From Paraspadella gotoi (taxonomy: Eukaryota; Animalia; Chaetognatha), in assembly GCA_051294375.1 (NCBI GenBank), contig CM119263.1, positions 392,019 through 456,018 of the forward strand: a stretch of DNA of 64,000 nt, read 5' to 3'. Positions 13,687-26,865 of this stretch are shown here, piece by piece; position 1 is the stretch's first letter; every line of letters begins with the position of its first letter. The notes under the pieces were generated by a model that was given only the letters and a program-made list of their open reading frames with translations, did no database searches and had not been told where the DNA came from. Made by a program: the position numbers and the translations under genes.

Positions 13687-15937
13687 TTTAACATCGTATA
13701 ACTCTTATCTTTTTAATCCGATTAAATCCGTGGGTTTAAGTGAAGGAATGCTTAATTCTTTAATTAGCTTGGTGATTAATTTAATTCTCTCTTCACGTTT
13801 GTTCACGAGTGATTCTTTCACTATTCTCATTCGGATTCTCAACACGGTGCGTCGATGACAAACAATTTAATTTGAGACGCGATTGGCCGATGGGGAGATG
13901 GAAGTCGTCGCTGATTGGTCGGTCCATATTCGTTAGACGTTAAAAACTGATCTCCTAAAACTGGACGGCGAACGTAGGTAATTATACTTAGTCTCAACCC
14001 AAGAAATGGATAAATGGATCAGATTGATCAAGCAGCTTGTTTTGCTTGTCAAGAGGCTTCCCTCACGGAATCGACGGGAAGAGATGAAGAGAAAAAACAA
14101 GTCAGTCTTAAACTTACCTTTTAAAATTAACGTTTTATTCTACAATACTTCAATAGTATTAGTAATAAGAAAATTTCATTTGTACCTTTAAATATTTTTA
14201 TTAGCATAATTTTCCTTAATTAAGCTTATCCTCGTGTATTTTACGTTAATAAAACTCACGAAGAGACAGAATATAAGCAGTCCTGAGCTCTGAATCAGGC
14301 TGTAACACCATGTTACAGGCAGGTTAAGCAACCCCGTCCCTCTTAACTGCCAGGCGACCTCCAGGCTTGAAACCCCGACCCTTGGGTTGGCAGGCGAATG
14401 ACTTGCCTCCTGCATCAATGGCCGCCGACGAAGGGTTGGAGGATTATACCACGCCAATGTCTATGTCGCTTTGTTGATCTCATCTGATTCTTTTCTGTTC
14501 TTACCGGGTTGTACGTAAAGGTCGCATTTCTTCTTCTTTTAAACGACATAAACGAAGACCGACCGACCAAGGGACCTCCCCCCCCCCATCGCGGGCTTCG
14601 CTGCGCACGCGACGCTCAACCGGTTTTGCGTCTCATCTGGTTCTCGCGTCTCACTATCGCGGCATCTATATTTTCGCGTCCATTTTCATGTCGCCATTTG
14701 CGGACCCATTCATGGCCTCAGTCATAGCCTCATTCATGGCCTCAATCGGGTCTCATTCATAGTTTCATTCAATGGCCTCATTCATGGCCTGTTTCAACGG
14801 CTCCTTACTGGCCTCTTTGACGGCCTCATTCGGGCCTCATTCATGGCCTCAGTCGGGGCCTTAATAATGACTTCATTCATGACCACATTCATGTTTTCAT
14901 TCATGAACTCATTCGTAGCTCCATTCTTGGCGCCATTTATGGCCTCATTCCTGGCCTCATTTATGGCCAAATTTATGGCCACTTGGCGATGAATGTGACG
15001 AAAAATAATTTCTTTTGTTTCGGTCGTTTTATATTTTTTTTTTTTTTTGGCTCGAGTTGCGACAGGAGTTGGGAAAGTTATGATCGGACCAGACATTAAC
15101 TAAGCGAGCGAAATTTAACATTTATTAATTACGTCTCTATTAATTGGCTGTTTAAAAGTCAACGCCTACATGAAATACGAAGACGGTTAGGAGAAAAGAC
15201 TAATGGACAAAAATAATCAAAAGAAAAGAAATAATGTAGATACAGACAGACTGGTCGACTTGAACAAAAATATTTTGTTTGCTTTTCATATTAAGTCATT
15301 TCTGAGAGATGAGTTGTCATAATAATCAAGTTATTTAAATTGCGTCGTACATAAAAATTGTATTCATACATTTCGAAGTTTAACGATTTTCTTTTCAGCT
15401 GTATCAGGAGGAAGACGGGAAAACAATTTCTGTTTAATTTTCTTTTTTTAAGTTAGTTATATTTTATTTTTATCCAAGTTGCCGAGGAAAATAGATCTTG
15501 GGAAAGTATTGCGCTTTTTTTTATGTCAACACGATTGTCCGTGTTTTCTTCTGTTGCATTTAAGTAGTTCATTGTTATCGTTATTCTTCGTTCGCTAAGA
15601 GTTATTGTTTTTTTGCGCCGGAATTGTCGTCGTCGTTGTCGTCGTCGTCGTCGTCGTGGCTGCTCATTTCCGCTTGTTTTTGGTTCGTTTATTGTTTTTC
15701 ATTTCTCTGATTTTTAACTGTTTTCTTTGTGTGTGTACTTGTTTTCTTTAACTTTATTTTGACTTCATTTTATTGTCTATTATTATTCTCATTAATTTTA
15801 TCATTTTGTTTGTTTATGTCGTCGTCGTCGTCGTCGTCCGTCGGTCGTCGTTGTCATCCTCGAGTTTTTATCGTAAAATTGTTGTATCTTCTCTTATCTT
15901 TTATCTCGAACGGAAAAGAAAACCACTTCCGTTATTT

Positions 15938-15997
<60 letters not shown>

Positions 15998-16074
15998 AGA
16001 GAAAGAGAAAGAATCTCGTTCTCCTCGCGGCACGCGCGTCTCTCACTCTCTCTCACGTCAAAACGCGTCTTGCG

Positions 16075-16167
<93 letters not shown>

Positions 16168-16269
16168 GTCAGAACCGGGGAGGAGACTAGTAAGAGAAAA
16201 GGTTTGTGGGTGAAAACTGGAAGAATTCGTTGGTAGAATAGAGCATCGATTTCAAAAGAGAGAGAGAGA

Positions 16270-16349
<80 letters not shown>

Positions 16350-17752
16350 AAAGGACAAAGAAAGAGAGAGTATCATTAGGTATGCTCTCAAGCATCAACT
16401 CTCATGTTGTTATAAATCACCTCATCTGAAAAAGAATTCTTGATATGAGATGAGAAATAAGTTCTGACATTTCTCGATTTAAATTTTAAAGTTAGTAGAA
16501 TGAGCCAACTGTTGCGAACTGAAGAAAATGAGGAAATGAGAAATTGAGGAAATGCGGAAATGAGAAAATGATAAATGAGGAAATGAGGAATTGAGGAATT
16601 GAGGAAATGAGGAAATGAGGAAATGAGTAAATTTGGCGAAATGAATACGAATCAAGATAATTTTTTAAAAAAGTGGACGAGGAAAATGACAGGGTAAAGG
16701 AGGAGAAAAAATGGAAAAAGGAGTAGCAAAGGGAAAAAATTTGAAAAAAGGAGGAGCAAAGGGACAAATGGAAAAAAGGAGGAGCAATGGGAAGAAATTG
16801 TGAAAAAAGGAGGAGCAAAGTAAAAAATGGGAAAAAAGAGAGAGCAAAGGGAGAAATTGTGAAAAAAAGGAGCAAAGGGAAAAATGGGGAAAAAAAGAGG
16901 AGCAAAGGGACAAAATGGAAAAAATGAGGAGCAAAGGGTGAAATTGTGAAAAAAGGAGGAGCAAAGGGAAAAATGGGGGAAGAAAAGAGGAGCAAAGGGA
17001 CAAAATGGAAAAAAAAGAAGCAAAGGGAAAAAAATGAAAAAAAGGAGGAGAAATGGAAAAATGGGAAAATGAGGAGCAGGGGACAGAATAGAAAAAAAAG
17101 GGGTGCAAAGAGAAAATTGGAAAACAAGTTTGATCAAAACAATGTCGGATCTGTCTACGATAATCAGCTAATCTGCGGTAATCAGCTCATCAGATTATAA
17201 ATGACGATAATTCTTTCGATTTGTGATTATAACACATCGTACCATACAAACCAATGGCTGCGCATATACATGTAAATCGCTTGCAAGGGATTAAACTGAA
17301 CTGTTACTATGGTAAAAACAAATAATTTTTTAAACTATTATTATTTTTTCAACTTTTTTTTCAACTTGCAACATTTTTTCAATGAGGGTCTCCAAAAGGC
17401 ATCATTTTTTTAACTTGCATTCACTTTTTCAACTTGCATAATTTTTTCATCTTGCATCATTTTTTCAACTTGAATCATTTTTTCAACTTGAATCATTTTT
17501 CAACTTGCATCATTTTTTCAATTTAATTAATTAATCAAGTTATTAACTAATTATTTTTTTATGAGTAAGCATAAATAATAAAATTACAAATCAACTTACT
17601 TTTGGTTTTTTCATGCAAACTCATTTCCACTCCTCGATTCCATCAAAACTTTATATTCTGCTCAATCACACAACTTTCCTGCCAACACACAAAATTTCAT
17701 CACATTTCTATTCATCCAATTATGAATAATTTGAGTAATTATGGGTTAAAAT
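13687..17752 (+). repeat. Segmental duplication copy B
   Basis: Matches 6806-10552 and carries an extra ~250-bp segment (~16010-16256) inside the (GA)n tract. Confidence 0.95.
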
Positions 17753-18114
17753 TAGTAAAAAGATTCAAGTAAATGTGACTTATGTTTTTTCCATTTAAAC
17801 TCATTTCCACTCGCACGATTTTACTGAAACTTTATATCAAGTTTAATAACACAAATTTCATTCCGNNNNNNNNNNNNNNNNNNNNNNNNNATTTCATTCC
17901 AATCCATCCATCCAATCACGAGTAATTTGATTTTTTTTGCTAAGGGGGGACGGACAGACGGACGGACGGATGGACATCATTTTTTTGCATAATTTATCAT
18001 AATTTGATATTCTGACATGATTTAAGATAATGCCCGACAAGATTAAGGGGTCGGACCGACGGACCGACAAAGTGAATTATAGAGTCGGAATCTGCTGATA
18101 AGCAGATCCGACTA
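17123..18114 (+). mobile_element. Helentron-like non-autonomous element (HINE/DINE-1-type architecture)
   Basis: Starts AACAAG; 5' subterminal GTCGGATCTG is inverted to 3' CAGATCCGAC; 3' hairpin AGTCGGAATCTGCT-GATA-AGCAGATCCGACT is followed by AAAAA; internal tandem repeats (TTTTTTCAACTTGCATCA) and a GACG/GACA microsatellite. The flanking satellite resumes after the element. Confidence 0.65.
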
Positions 18115-18429
18115 AAAAGAGTAGCAAAGGGAAAAAATGGGAAAAAAGGAGCAAAGGGAAAAAAATGAAAAAAAGAAGCAAAGGAAAAAAAAGGAAAAAA
18201 AGGAGCAAAGGGAAAAAAAGGAAAAAAAGGAGCATAGGGAAAAAATGCTCTTGACGCGAAGAATACATAAGCAGAACGTAAAGAGAAGAAAAGAGAAGGT
18301 TCCTCTCCTGGGATAGAGAGGAGGATTAGGTAAATTTATAATGTATGCTAACATTAAATATTAAATTTTATCCGTTAAAAAAATGAGTCATTTATTGTAC
18401 AGAGGAAATAAAGTAGAAAATTGGAATAA

Positions 18430-18655
18430 GGTAATAAAGCAGTTGATTGAATGTAAGGAATAAAGCAGTTTATTGAATGAAGGGAATAAAGCAGTTAATT
18501 GAATGAAATAAATAATGCAGTTAATTGAATGAAAGAAATAAAGTAGTTGATTGAATGAAAGTAATAAAGCAGTTAATTGAATGAAAGGAATAAAGTAGTT
18601 GATTGAATGAAAGTAATAAAGTAGTTGATTGTATTAAAGGAACGAAAGCTGTTAA
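18430..18655. repeat. 26-bp AT-rich satellite (AATAAAGCAGTTAATTGAATGAAAGG)n
   Basis: About 8 tandem copies. Confidence 0.85.
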
Positions 18656-19203
18656 TTAAACAAAAGAAATAAAATATTTACGTACAACGGAACGAAAGAA
18701 CAAATAACAAATTTAACTGAAGAAGAAATGAGATCAACGGAGATTAATTTAAATTGATGCGTCGTCGGGCAGCAGCAGCAGCAGCAGTCAAAGTCAGACG
18801 AAGAGAAATGAGGCACCAGGCGAAGTAGGGGGAGTGAAGGAAAGGAGGGGAAAAGTCCTCGTACATATTAATGATTTGAATCCTTTGGAATTCCTCGCAA
18901 TTAATCGTGAGTGGAAAGAAAATGAAGAAGAAAAAAAAGAAGAAAAAAAGAAGAAAAAAGAAGAAAAAAAGAAGAAAAAAAAGAAGAAAAAATAGTTTTC
19001 GAGTTGAAGAGAAAAATCGAAACTATATAATTATATATGCTTATTATTATTAACGAAGCATGTTCGAAAAAGGTTGAAGATAGTTCAAATATCTTGGTAA
19101 CGTTAAATAGACATGATTTACCGCAACGCAGGAGATAAATCTCGCCAGAATCGAAAACAGATCAAAGGATCGGGAGATCGCCGCCAGAATAGAAAAGTCG
19201 AAC

Positions 19204-19356
19204 GCTGATTGGCTTAGATGGAATCGGAATCGACCAATCAGCTTGCCTCGGATCCTCTCTCCTCGTTATAAATATTCTTAGTTCTCCTTTAGTTTCAGTA
19301 GAATTGATCCAAACTCCTGCGTGCGTCTCACCGTCACCTTTTTGTCTCAGAATAAA
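19204..19356 (+). promoter_or_regulatory. Pol II promoter-like cassette (paired CCAAT boxes, TATA, Inr, AATAAA); possible solo LTR
   Basis: GCTGATTGG / CCAATCAGC inverted pair, TATAAATA at 19267-19274, TCAGT ~20 nt after the TATA box, AATAAA at 19351. Confidence 0.4.
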
Positions 19357-19917
19357 TCTCGTTTATAACGTTGAAAAGAATTGCTTGTTCCGAAACTCGG
19401 TAAATCGGATGCCAAATGTACCATTCCTCATTGCTCATGGTTCCGATTTCGATTCCATCTGTGATGATACTGTGCCATTCTAAGTATAAGATGCAGATAG
19501 CAGAGCGGAGCGATAAGATCTTGTACAATGCGCCCTAGTAATATATGTGCCATACTAGTAATAAGTAGCTCTCGAATCGTAACAATAAAATGACCAAGTA
19601 AAGATGCCATCAACTTCAGAGAAGAAAACAGTTCTTTCAATAAAGTTTCAGTTCAGCTGGAATCATTTTTATGACTATTTTCCCCACGCATCTCATTTAA
19701 AAGACATTTGAATAAAATCCGTTAGCTTTCTAAGTTACCCGTGTGTACATCTGGAAAATAGTATAGAAAAAAAAGGGGGAAAAAACAAAGTTCGTAGACT
19801 AAAAAGGATAAAAACCAACTCAATTTCTTTTCTCTCCAGTTTCGCTCACCAGCGTCTCTCGACCCCCTTACACGATCCCCGCCCGTTATCATGAATTCTC
19901 GCCAAAGAAACCATGAA

Positions 19918-20172
19918 TGTTATCCAAAACCACCTTCATTTTTTATGGCTCTGTTATCGAAAAACCACCTTCTTTTTTACGGCTCTGTTATCAAAAAACC
20001 ACCTTCCTTTTATTTATGGCTCTGTTATCAAAAAACCACCTTCCTTTTATTTATGGCTCTGTTATCGAAAAACCACCTTCATTTTGTTATGGGTCTGTTA
20101 TCAAAAAACCACCTTCCTTTTATTTATGGCTCTGTTATCAAAAAACCACCTTCTTTTTTTTATGGCTCTGTT
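19918..20172. repeat. ~36-37-bp satellite (GGCTCTGTTATCAAAAAACCACCTTCCTTTTATTTAT)n
   Basis: About 7 tandem copies. Confidence 0.9.
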
Positions 20173-20495
20173 TTTCCTCGTCAATTCTCGTCCCACCCCA
20201 GCACAAGGAATAAACCTTGCACCTCGGCTTCGAATTACCCTTTCTCCCCATTATACTTTCTGCCATTATTCTTTCTCCCCATTACTCAGCTTTTCTCGCG
20301 ACGAGGTTCGCAAAGCCTTACCCAAAGCCTTACCCAAAGTGGAGGGATTAGTCCTGCTTACTCTTCAACTCTTTACGCATCAATCATTTAACCCAACAAT
20401 TCTGCTACCATTTTTTATTTTTCCCACGTTCGTAATTCTCATATAACTCTTGAAATGATAAATAAGGATAAAGATGAGAACAAGGTTTAAAACTC

Positions 20496-20736
20496 GGCCC
20501 TCTTTTCCGAAAGAGTCCCACTTCAACTTAAATTTAGAGTTAGGTTTATTTTTTAGTTTAATAATTCGGATAGGGTTAGGGATTAGGACAGAGTTAGATT
20601 TGGTTAGAGTTTAGGATTAGAGAATGGGGTTAGAAATTAGGTTAGAGATTAAAAAAAGATTAGAGCTAGATATTAGTATGAAAATTAAGTTTAAGGATTA
20701 GGAATCTAAATAGGGAACTCTCGGAAAATAGTGCCC
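20496..20736. mobile_element. MITE with imperfect TIRs and degenerate TTAGGG-like interior
   Basis: Left end GGCCCTCTTTTCCGAAAGAGTCCC versus right-end reverse complement GGGCACTATTTTCCGAGAGTTCCC; interior has GGGTTAGGGATTAGG-type units. Confidence 0.6.
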
Positions 20737-23656
20737 TAAAGTCGTTTCATTTCTCATTTTCTCTACTTTTCTCTACTTTCCTTTTTCGCTTTCTTCCTCC
20801 TCTTCCTCTTTTCTCGCACTTCCTTTCTTTTCATTTGTGCTTAACTTGGAACTTCTCTCTTGAGTTTCCTCCTTTTTTAATCAGAATTGACGCGACTTGG
20901 CCTTGAACCCAAACCCCGTGCTTTGGGATGACGAAAGGCCTTCAACCCAAAAAGCAGATTATGAGGAGACGGAATCCTTGAACCCAAACCCTGCACCTCG
21001 ATCGAGGTGGAAGGTCCCTTTCCAAATATCGCAGGGCCAAACCGTTCCCATTAAACGTCAAGGCCAGACATCGAGGCGGGCAATGTCCCCGTCATAGTAG
21101 AAGTCCTGCCCCTGAGTAATTCTTTCACTTGAGACAATGAGTGTGACATTTCACAACCTCGTTCACCAAGTGAGGTCAACAGGCGGGGAACAAGAAAGAA
21201 CAGGATAGACAAAAATGGGGACGAAAGATGATGACTGAAAGGAGTCAGAAGAAACGTTACAGGGTTTAAAATCAAAACTTGGGAAAAATTGTAATATGTT
21301 CACAAATAAATGCATATCTCCTAAACCGTTTGAAGGATATCAAATAAATTTATATCGAATATAAACAAACTTAGTCTTTATCTCGACGTTCACCCCATTC
21401 TGAGCTTTTACGGCCTCTCCACTCCAGGAGGGGGAAAATGTAAAAATGTAAAAATGTAAAAATGTCTTTACAAAGTTTTGTTCACAACTTAACTATAGTT
21501 TATTTGAATGCATCGAAACTTACATACATCAAACTATTAAGAAGACTGACAACTGAACAAAGTAAGGTTTAAAAATCTAATGGCCAAAAATAAAATATTT
21601 ACTTAATACTAAAATTCTGTAGCCGTATTACAGTATAAGGTAGTATATCATTTTTTGAGCATGGGTTACCATCATGAGGTCTCTTCACCTTCCCATTATA
21701 TGAGAACTAAGTTCATATCAATTGGCTTTAGCACTTGTGTAGTAAAAGAGGAATGAAACTCAGACGAAAGCAAAAGTGAAGGAAGATTTCGATGTTGATG
21801 TTGATGTTGATGCAAAGGATGAGAGGAAGAGAGAAGTTGAAAAAGGAGACAGATGTAAGGAGGTGCAAAGAAAATAAGTGACAGGTGTTGAAGTCCAGAC
21901 AAGGCGTTCGTTTCGCGGTCAACCAATGTTAGAAGAAATGTGGCTTCTGCTTCTGGCTACTATGTAAGTAAAATGTTTATTTTAGTTAAAACTGAATGAG
22001 CAATAGAAATAAAATGATTAAAAATGATTAATTATGGTTAAAACTAGGATCAAATTAATTTCTTTTTCTTTGGTTTAGTTTCAATAATTTTTTTTTTTGA
22101 TTTTCTCAAAACGAACAATAGATATATAGTTTTGAAATCGATGATTGCTGCATACGAATACAAGAACCTCGTACAACGAAGCGAGATATTATCCACATTT
22201 GACTTAAATAACCTAATCAGAGAATTAAGGACGACCTTCTGATAACAAATAACGAAAACTCAAATCATCGGTTTGCGTTAACTTATCGGACCGTCGTCCC
22301 CTTGGCCTCCAGAGGGCGGGAGAATCTCCATCGAAGTTGCATCCAACACGATTATCGGGTGCGCGAGTTTTCCCTTTAATGGGAAAACGGGACAGTCTGG
22401 TTTTTTTGATCACCTTCATGGGAATTAATCGCAGTCACGATCAGTGAATCACCCTAAAGGGGAATAGTCCTTTCCGCTTTGCCTCTTCACTGATTTACAC
22501 TTCACTCTTCACTCATCACTTTACTCTTCACTGGTTTACTATTTGAAGACTGATCACTCATCACTCATCGCTGATCACTGATCACTCATCGCTTTGCCTC
22601 TTCACTGATTTACTCTTCACTCATCACTCATCACTTTACTCTTCACTGGTTTATTGTATGAAGACTGAAAAACTCAAACAGTAAAGAAAAGAAAACGTTA
22701 AATTAGAAATGTTAGACTCTATACAGTAACCCTACTGTGAAGTGTAAAGTTTTTAAACGAAAAACATATCGTAAACCGATTATCATTTGATACATTTTTT
22801 GAAACACTTTTGAAAAATTATATCACTTCATTGATGGGGAAGCCAAGTACCTACTCTGGGAGTGAATAAACGAGACTGTGAGAAAGACTTGATTGAAAGC
22901 TTGCAGACACCTGCAATGTCATTATCCTGTAAAAGTGATGGAGGCCTTAAACCACCAAATTCTGGGTCGAGATAGCTTATTTATTAAATGAATAGATAAT
23001 TTTTATATTGGTTGTACCTATTACATAGAAAAAATTTAAATTTTTCTGTGTCTTTATCGTAAGATTTTTCGAATTCGGCCATCAACTTTTTAGTCGCTCA
23101 AATCTCGTTTCGCTTAAACTTGTCCCCAGTGCATGAATCGCTTTTTCGGTTCCCAAGAGAATCGGACCAACTTTTCAATTTCAACTTCGAAAGAGAAAAT
23201 GATTTCGAAAGCCCAGGGGGAGCGAATAATCCGATTTTACTGCACCAGAGGGGAAAAATTTCTTAGAGTTAATATATATTCGAATGTTACTTTTTAGGTT
23301 ACTTTCTTAGAGTTAATGTATATATTCGAATGTTACTTTTTAGGTTAGCGACCGAATGTTAAAAAAAAAAAAAGATTTAAGCTTTAGACAATGAACCTAA
23401 CCTGAGTGAATAAATTACAGAAACTTTGGGGAGTTTCACTAATTCTTGAAGCCTAAGTTGTAGTTCATTCAAATAGCGATGTCGCCGGCGATTCACTCAT
23501 GAGTCGCAGGTGTGGTTCTAGTTGGTTGACGACTTCCCCCACTGGAGACCTCGTCACTGATAAAAGTAGCGAATATAATGAAAGGCGCGAGTTAGAGGAG
23601 AGGCTCGCTGCTGATGTTGAGACACGGGGATGAACGCATCACCCAAGGGCTCCTCC

Positions 23657-23773
23657 CCCAACCCTAACCTTAAACCGGGCCTCCCGTTCAACTCACTGCC
23701 ACTCCCCTAACCCTAACCCTAACCCTAACGCCTATGACGAGTCAACCACGGGCCCCTTCCTCAACCCTAACCC
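23657..23773. repeat. Interstitial telomere-like repeats (CCCTAA)4 within a duplicated CCCTAACC..CCGGGCCTCC.GTTCAACTC module
   Basis: CCCTAACCCTAACCCTAACCCTAAC at ~23705-23729 plus flanking AACCCTAACC units. Confidence 0.75.
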
Positions 23774-24180
23774 GGGCCTCCAGTTCAACTCCATGACTCT
23801 CCCCTATAACAAACATATAAGAAAACAGGCATCTCAAAAAATCCTGCTTTAATATTATTATTTTATGATTAAAAACAACCTTAATTTAAATATGAGATGA
23901 GTAACGTCAAAATTTCTATGTACATTTACATTTACATCGAACAAAATATGAGAATTTCTTTATTTTGAAAACAAACAACGAAGGAATTAGAGAACCAGTA
24001 GTGACGCCAGTCAAACGACGACAACAACAACAACAACGACGACAACAACGACGAAAAATAGGAAGGTAAACGACGCTCAGAAGGAGACCGAGAGAATGAA
24101 TCGTCTAAGCCGAAAGAATATCTAACTTATGGGCTTTCCTCTTCATCTCTCTCTCTCAGTCTCTCCGTCTTTCGTCTCCG

Positions 24181-24228
<48 letters not shown>

Positions 24229-26087
24229 CTCTCTTCTGCTCTCTCTCCTCTTTCCCCATATCAATTTCTTTCCCTCTCTCTTTGTCTTTCTGATGTGACG
24301 GGAAACTGAAGCACCATCGTTTCCGCCGGAGATTCTGCCATCCATTAACTTGAATTATATTGAGTATTTTGAACATTGGATGTAGATATTCGTGTTGCTA
24401 TACTCTCTCGTCGTGTTCCCGTGGTTCATGATCTCGCTCGTCCGATCTTCTCGAATCGTCGTTCGTCTCTCATTTCTCGTCCTCTCTCTCTCTCTCTCTC
24501 TCCTATCTCTCTGTTTCCAAGATTCGTGAAAGGCTCCAGGCGTGAAACACTTTTTGGCCAAAACATTGGATCAGTTTGCGTCAAATCATGAATTCAAAAA
24601 TTTCTCGATTTCGGAAAATTTCTTTTTTTCTTTTTTTCTTTTTTTTCTCCCTTTTTGGTCTCGTTTGTTATTTCGTAATGTGATTTAAGTTGAGGTGACT
24701 ATTAAGACTTAGAGCCTCATATTCGTGAGTAAGTTCATGTAATCAGTGAGTCCATTAGACCTTTTTTCCCTTTATACGATGTGGGTCATGTGAAGAATTC
24801 ACCGTGAGAGAAATTTCTTCATCGATGTCGATCACTTCGTTTGTAATCTTCCTTTTATTCACTTGAATGTATTTTTCATTAACGTGATTCTTAAATTGCA
24901 TTTCAGCCGTTTTGTCGTATTTTCGTTTATTTGATATTTTTATCTCGTTCCTTATTTTTCACGTAGTACTTGATGGTTAAAAATGTAAGCGAAATTAATC
25001 TGTCAAAGTTATTTCTTCCCTCTTTTAAAAAATCTTTTAAGATCCTTTGTAATCTAGATTCAAATTTTTCTTTTCTTTCTTTATTTTCTTTCCTCCCTTT
25101 CCTCCTCTTACCTTTTTCCTTTCACGTTCCTCCCCTTTTGCCCTCGACTCAATCACGTGACCTAATTTACGAGGAAACCGGAATTCGCTTTGTCGCGTTT
25201 TCTCCCTGAATCACTCGCTTATCTCTCTTTGCTTCTTCTCTTCAGGTGGAACCCTTTTTTCTTTTTTTTATCTTTAAGCCAATTGCCCGGAATTGCTCCT
25301 CCTTTTTTATTTACATTAAGAATTACGTCTTTTTTTAAAAGCCAATTGCCCGGAATTACTCGCTTCTTTTTTTAAATTATTTACATACTTTTTTTCTTCT
25401 TTTTTTTTATGAATTTTCTTTATTTCCTTTTCTTATTTTCTGATTTGTCTTGATTTAATCTTTTCTAGTTTGACATTTTGGTGGCAGATTCCAGAGGCGG
25501 TCCGAGAAATTACGAATTACGAAATTTTTAATTACAAAATGTCAAGTTCGAAAACCATGAAATGAAATGAATAAAAATTGTATATTTAAGCCATTGAAAA
25601 GCAATTTGATAAACAGACAATGCGTTGATAAATTGGTAATACGGTACTTCCCAATAAAATTCGCGACTTTTTAAAAGTTTCGCTTATTTATTTGTATTTT
25701 TATTATTTACATATTACCAAGAAAGTTCATGCAAGAAATAAAAACAATTGAAATCTTACCTTCCTTTAGACATTTATCGTTTTATTTCATTTCACTGATT
25801 TTTTTTAATTTTTATATTTTAATTTTTATTAATTCCTTTTCTCATGAAGAAAAAATCAAAAAATAAAAATCGACCAGAAAAGCAACAGGCGACTTTCGGC
25901 TTCTCGCTTCGTTGCTACGACGACGACGACGACGACAACGACAAGGACGACGACGACGACGACGACGGCGAAGAAGAAGAAGACGACGATGTCGGCGACG
26001 ATGACGACAACGACGACGACGACGACCTTGTTTTCAGTTTTCATGACGAAAAATTCGAAACTTAATCAAAAAGGAATCGAGTCAGGT

Positions 26088-26190
<103 letters not shown>

Positions 26191-26865
26191 CGATGGCACC
26201 ATCTGGAATTCTTGGTGTGTCCACGACTGATTTCACGCGTTCGATTCTTGTTGAGTCGAAACCAATTCTAGTTTCTAATCACGTGATTGAAACGTCCTTT
26301 AACATTATCAATTGTGTTCTGTTTTCGTAGCAGAAGTTTTTCTGCCAATCACAGCATGTATGAATTCAGTAGGACATTATCACCCATATTTAGTACTGTT
26401 ATAAGATTAAGTTCATCCAGTTTAATTTTGGCATTTAACGCGGTAGTAATACTGCTCGTTTTCTATTCTCTTATTACTTTTTCTATCCACAGACGCCTCG
26501 GTAAAAAGGGAAAAAAATGAATGTACAGAATTTAATTATTTTTTAATTTATATTCCATCACGAAAAAATTTATTAGTAAACGGACAAAACCAACCCTCCG
26601 TACTGAACAATTGTTTGTATGGGGTGATCAAACATATCTAGCAATTCTAATATCTTTTTACTATCATAAGAGAAAAAATAACATTTACAAGAATGCAGGA
26701 AATAAAAATTAAGTGAGGTAAGAATTATACGTTATATGTTATATGTTATATATTTTCTCTCACCAACATGAAGCCCGCATAGGGCAACAACTTGTTCATC
26801 TATACAACGCCAGTCAGAGATTTCTCATTTCAAACTGAGCGATGCCCACTGAGTCCCTGACCCTT

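Noticed and set aside
23700-23730. Telomerase RNA template
   Set aside because: Four full repeats rather than ~1.5, and no recognisable pseudoknot or H/ACA features.
20890-24600. Scattered GC-richer exon-like patches
   Set aside because: Could not be linked into a phase-consistent gene or matched to a protein family.
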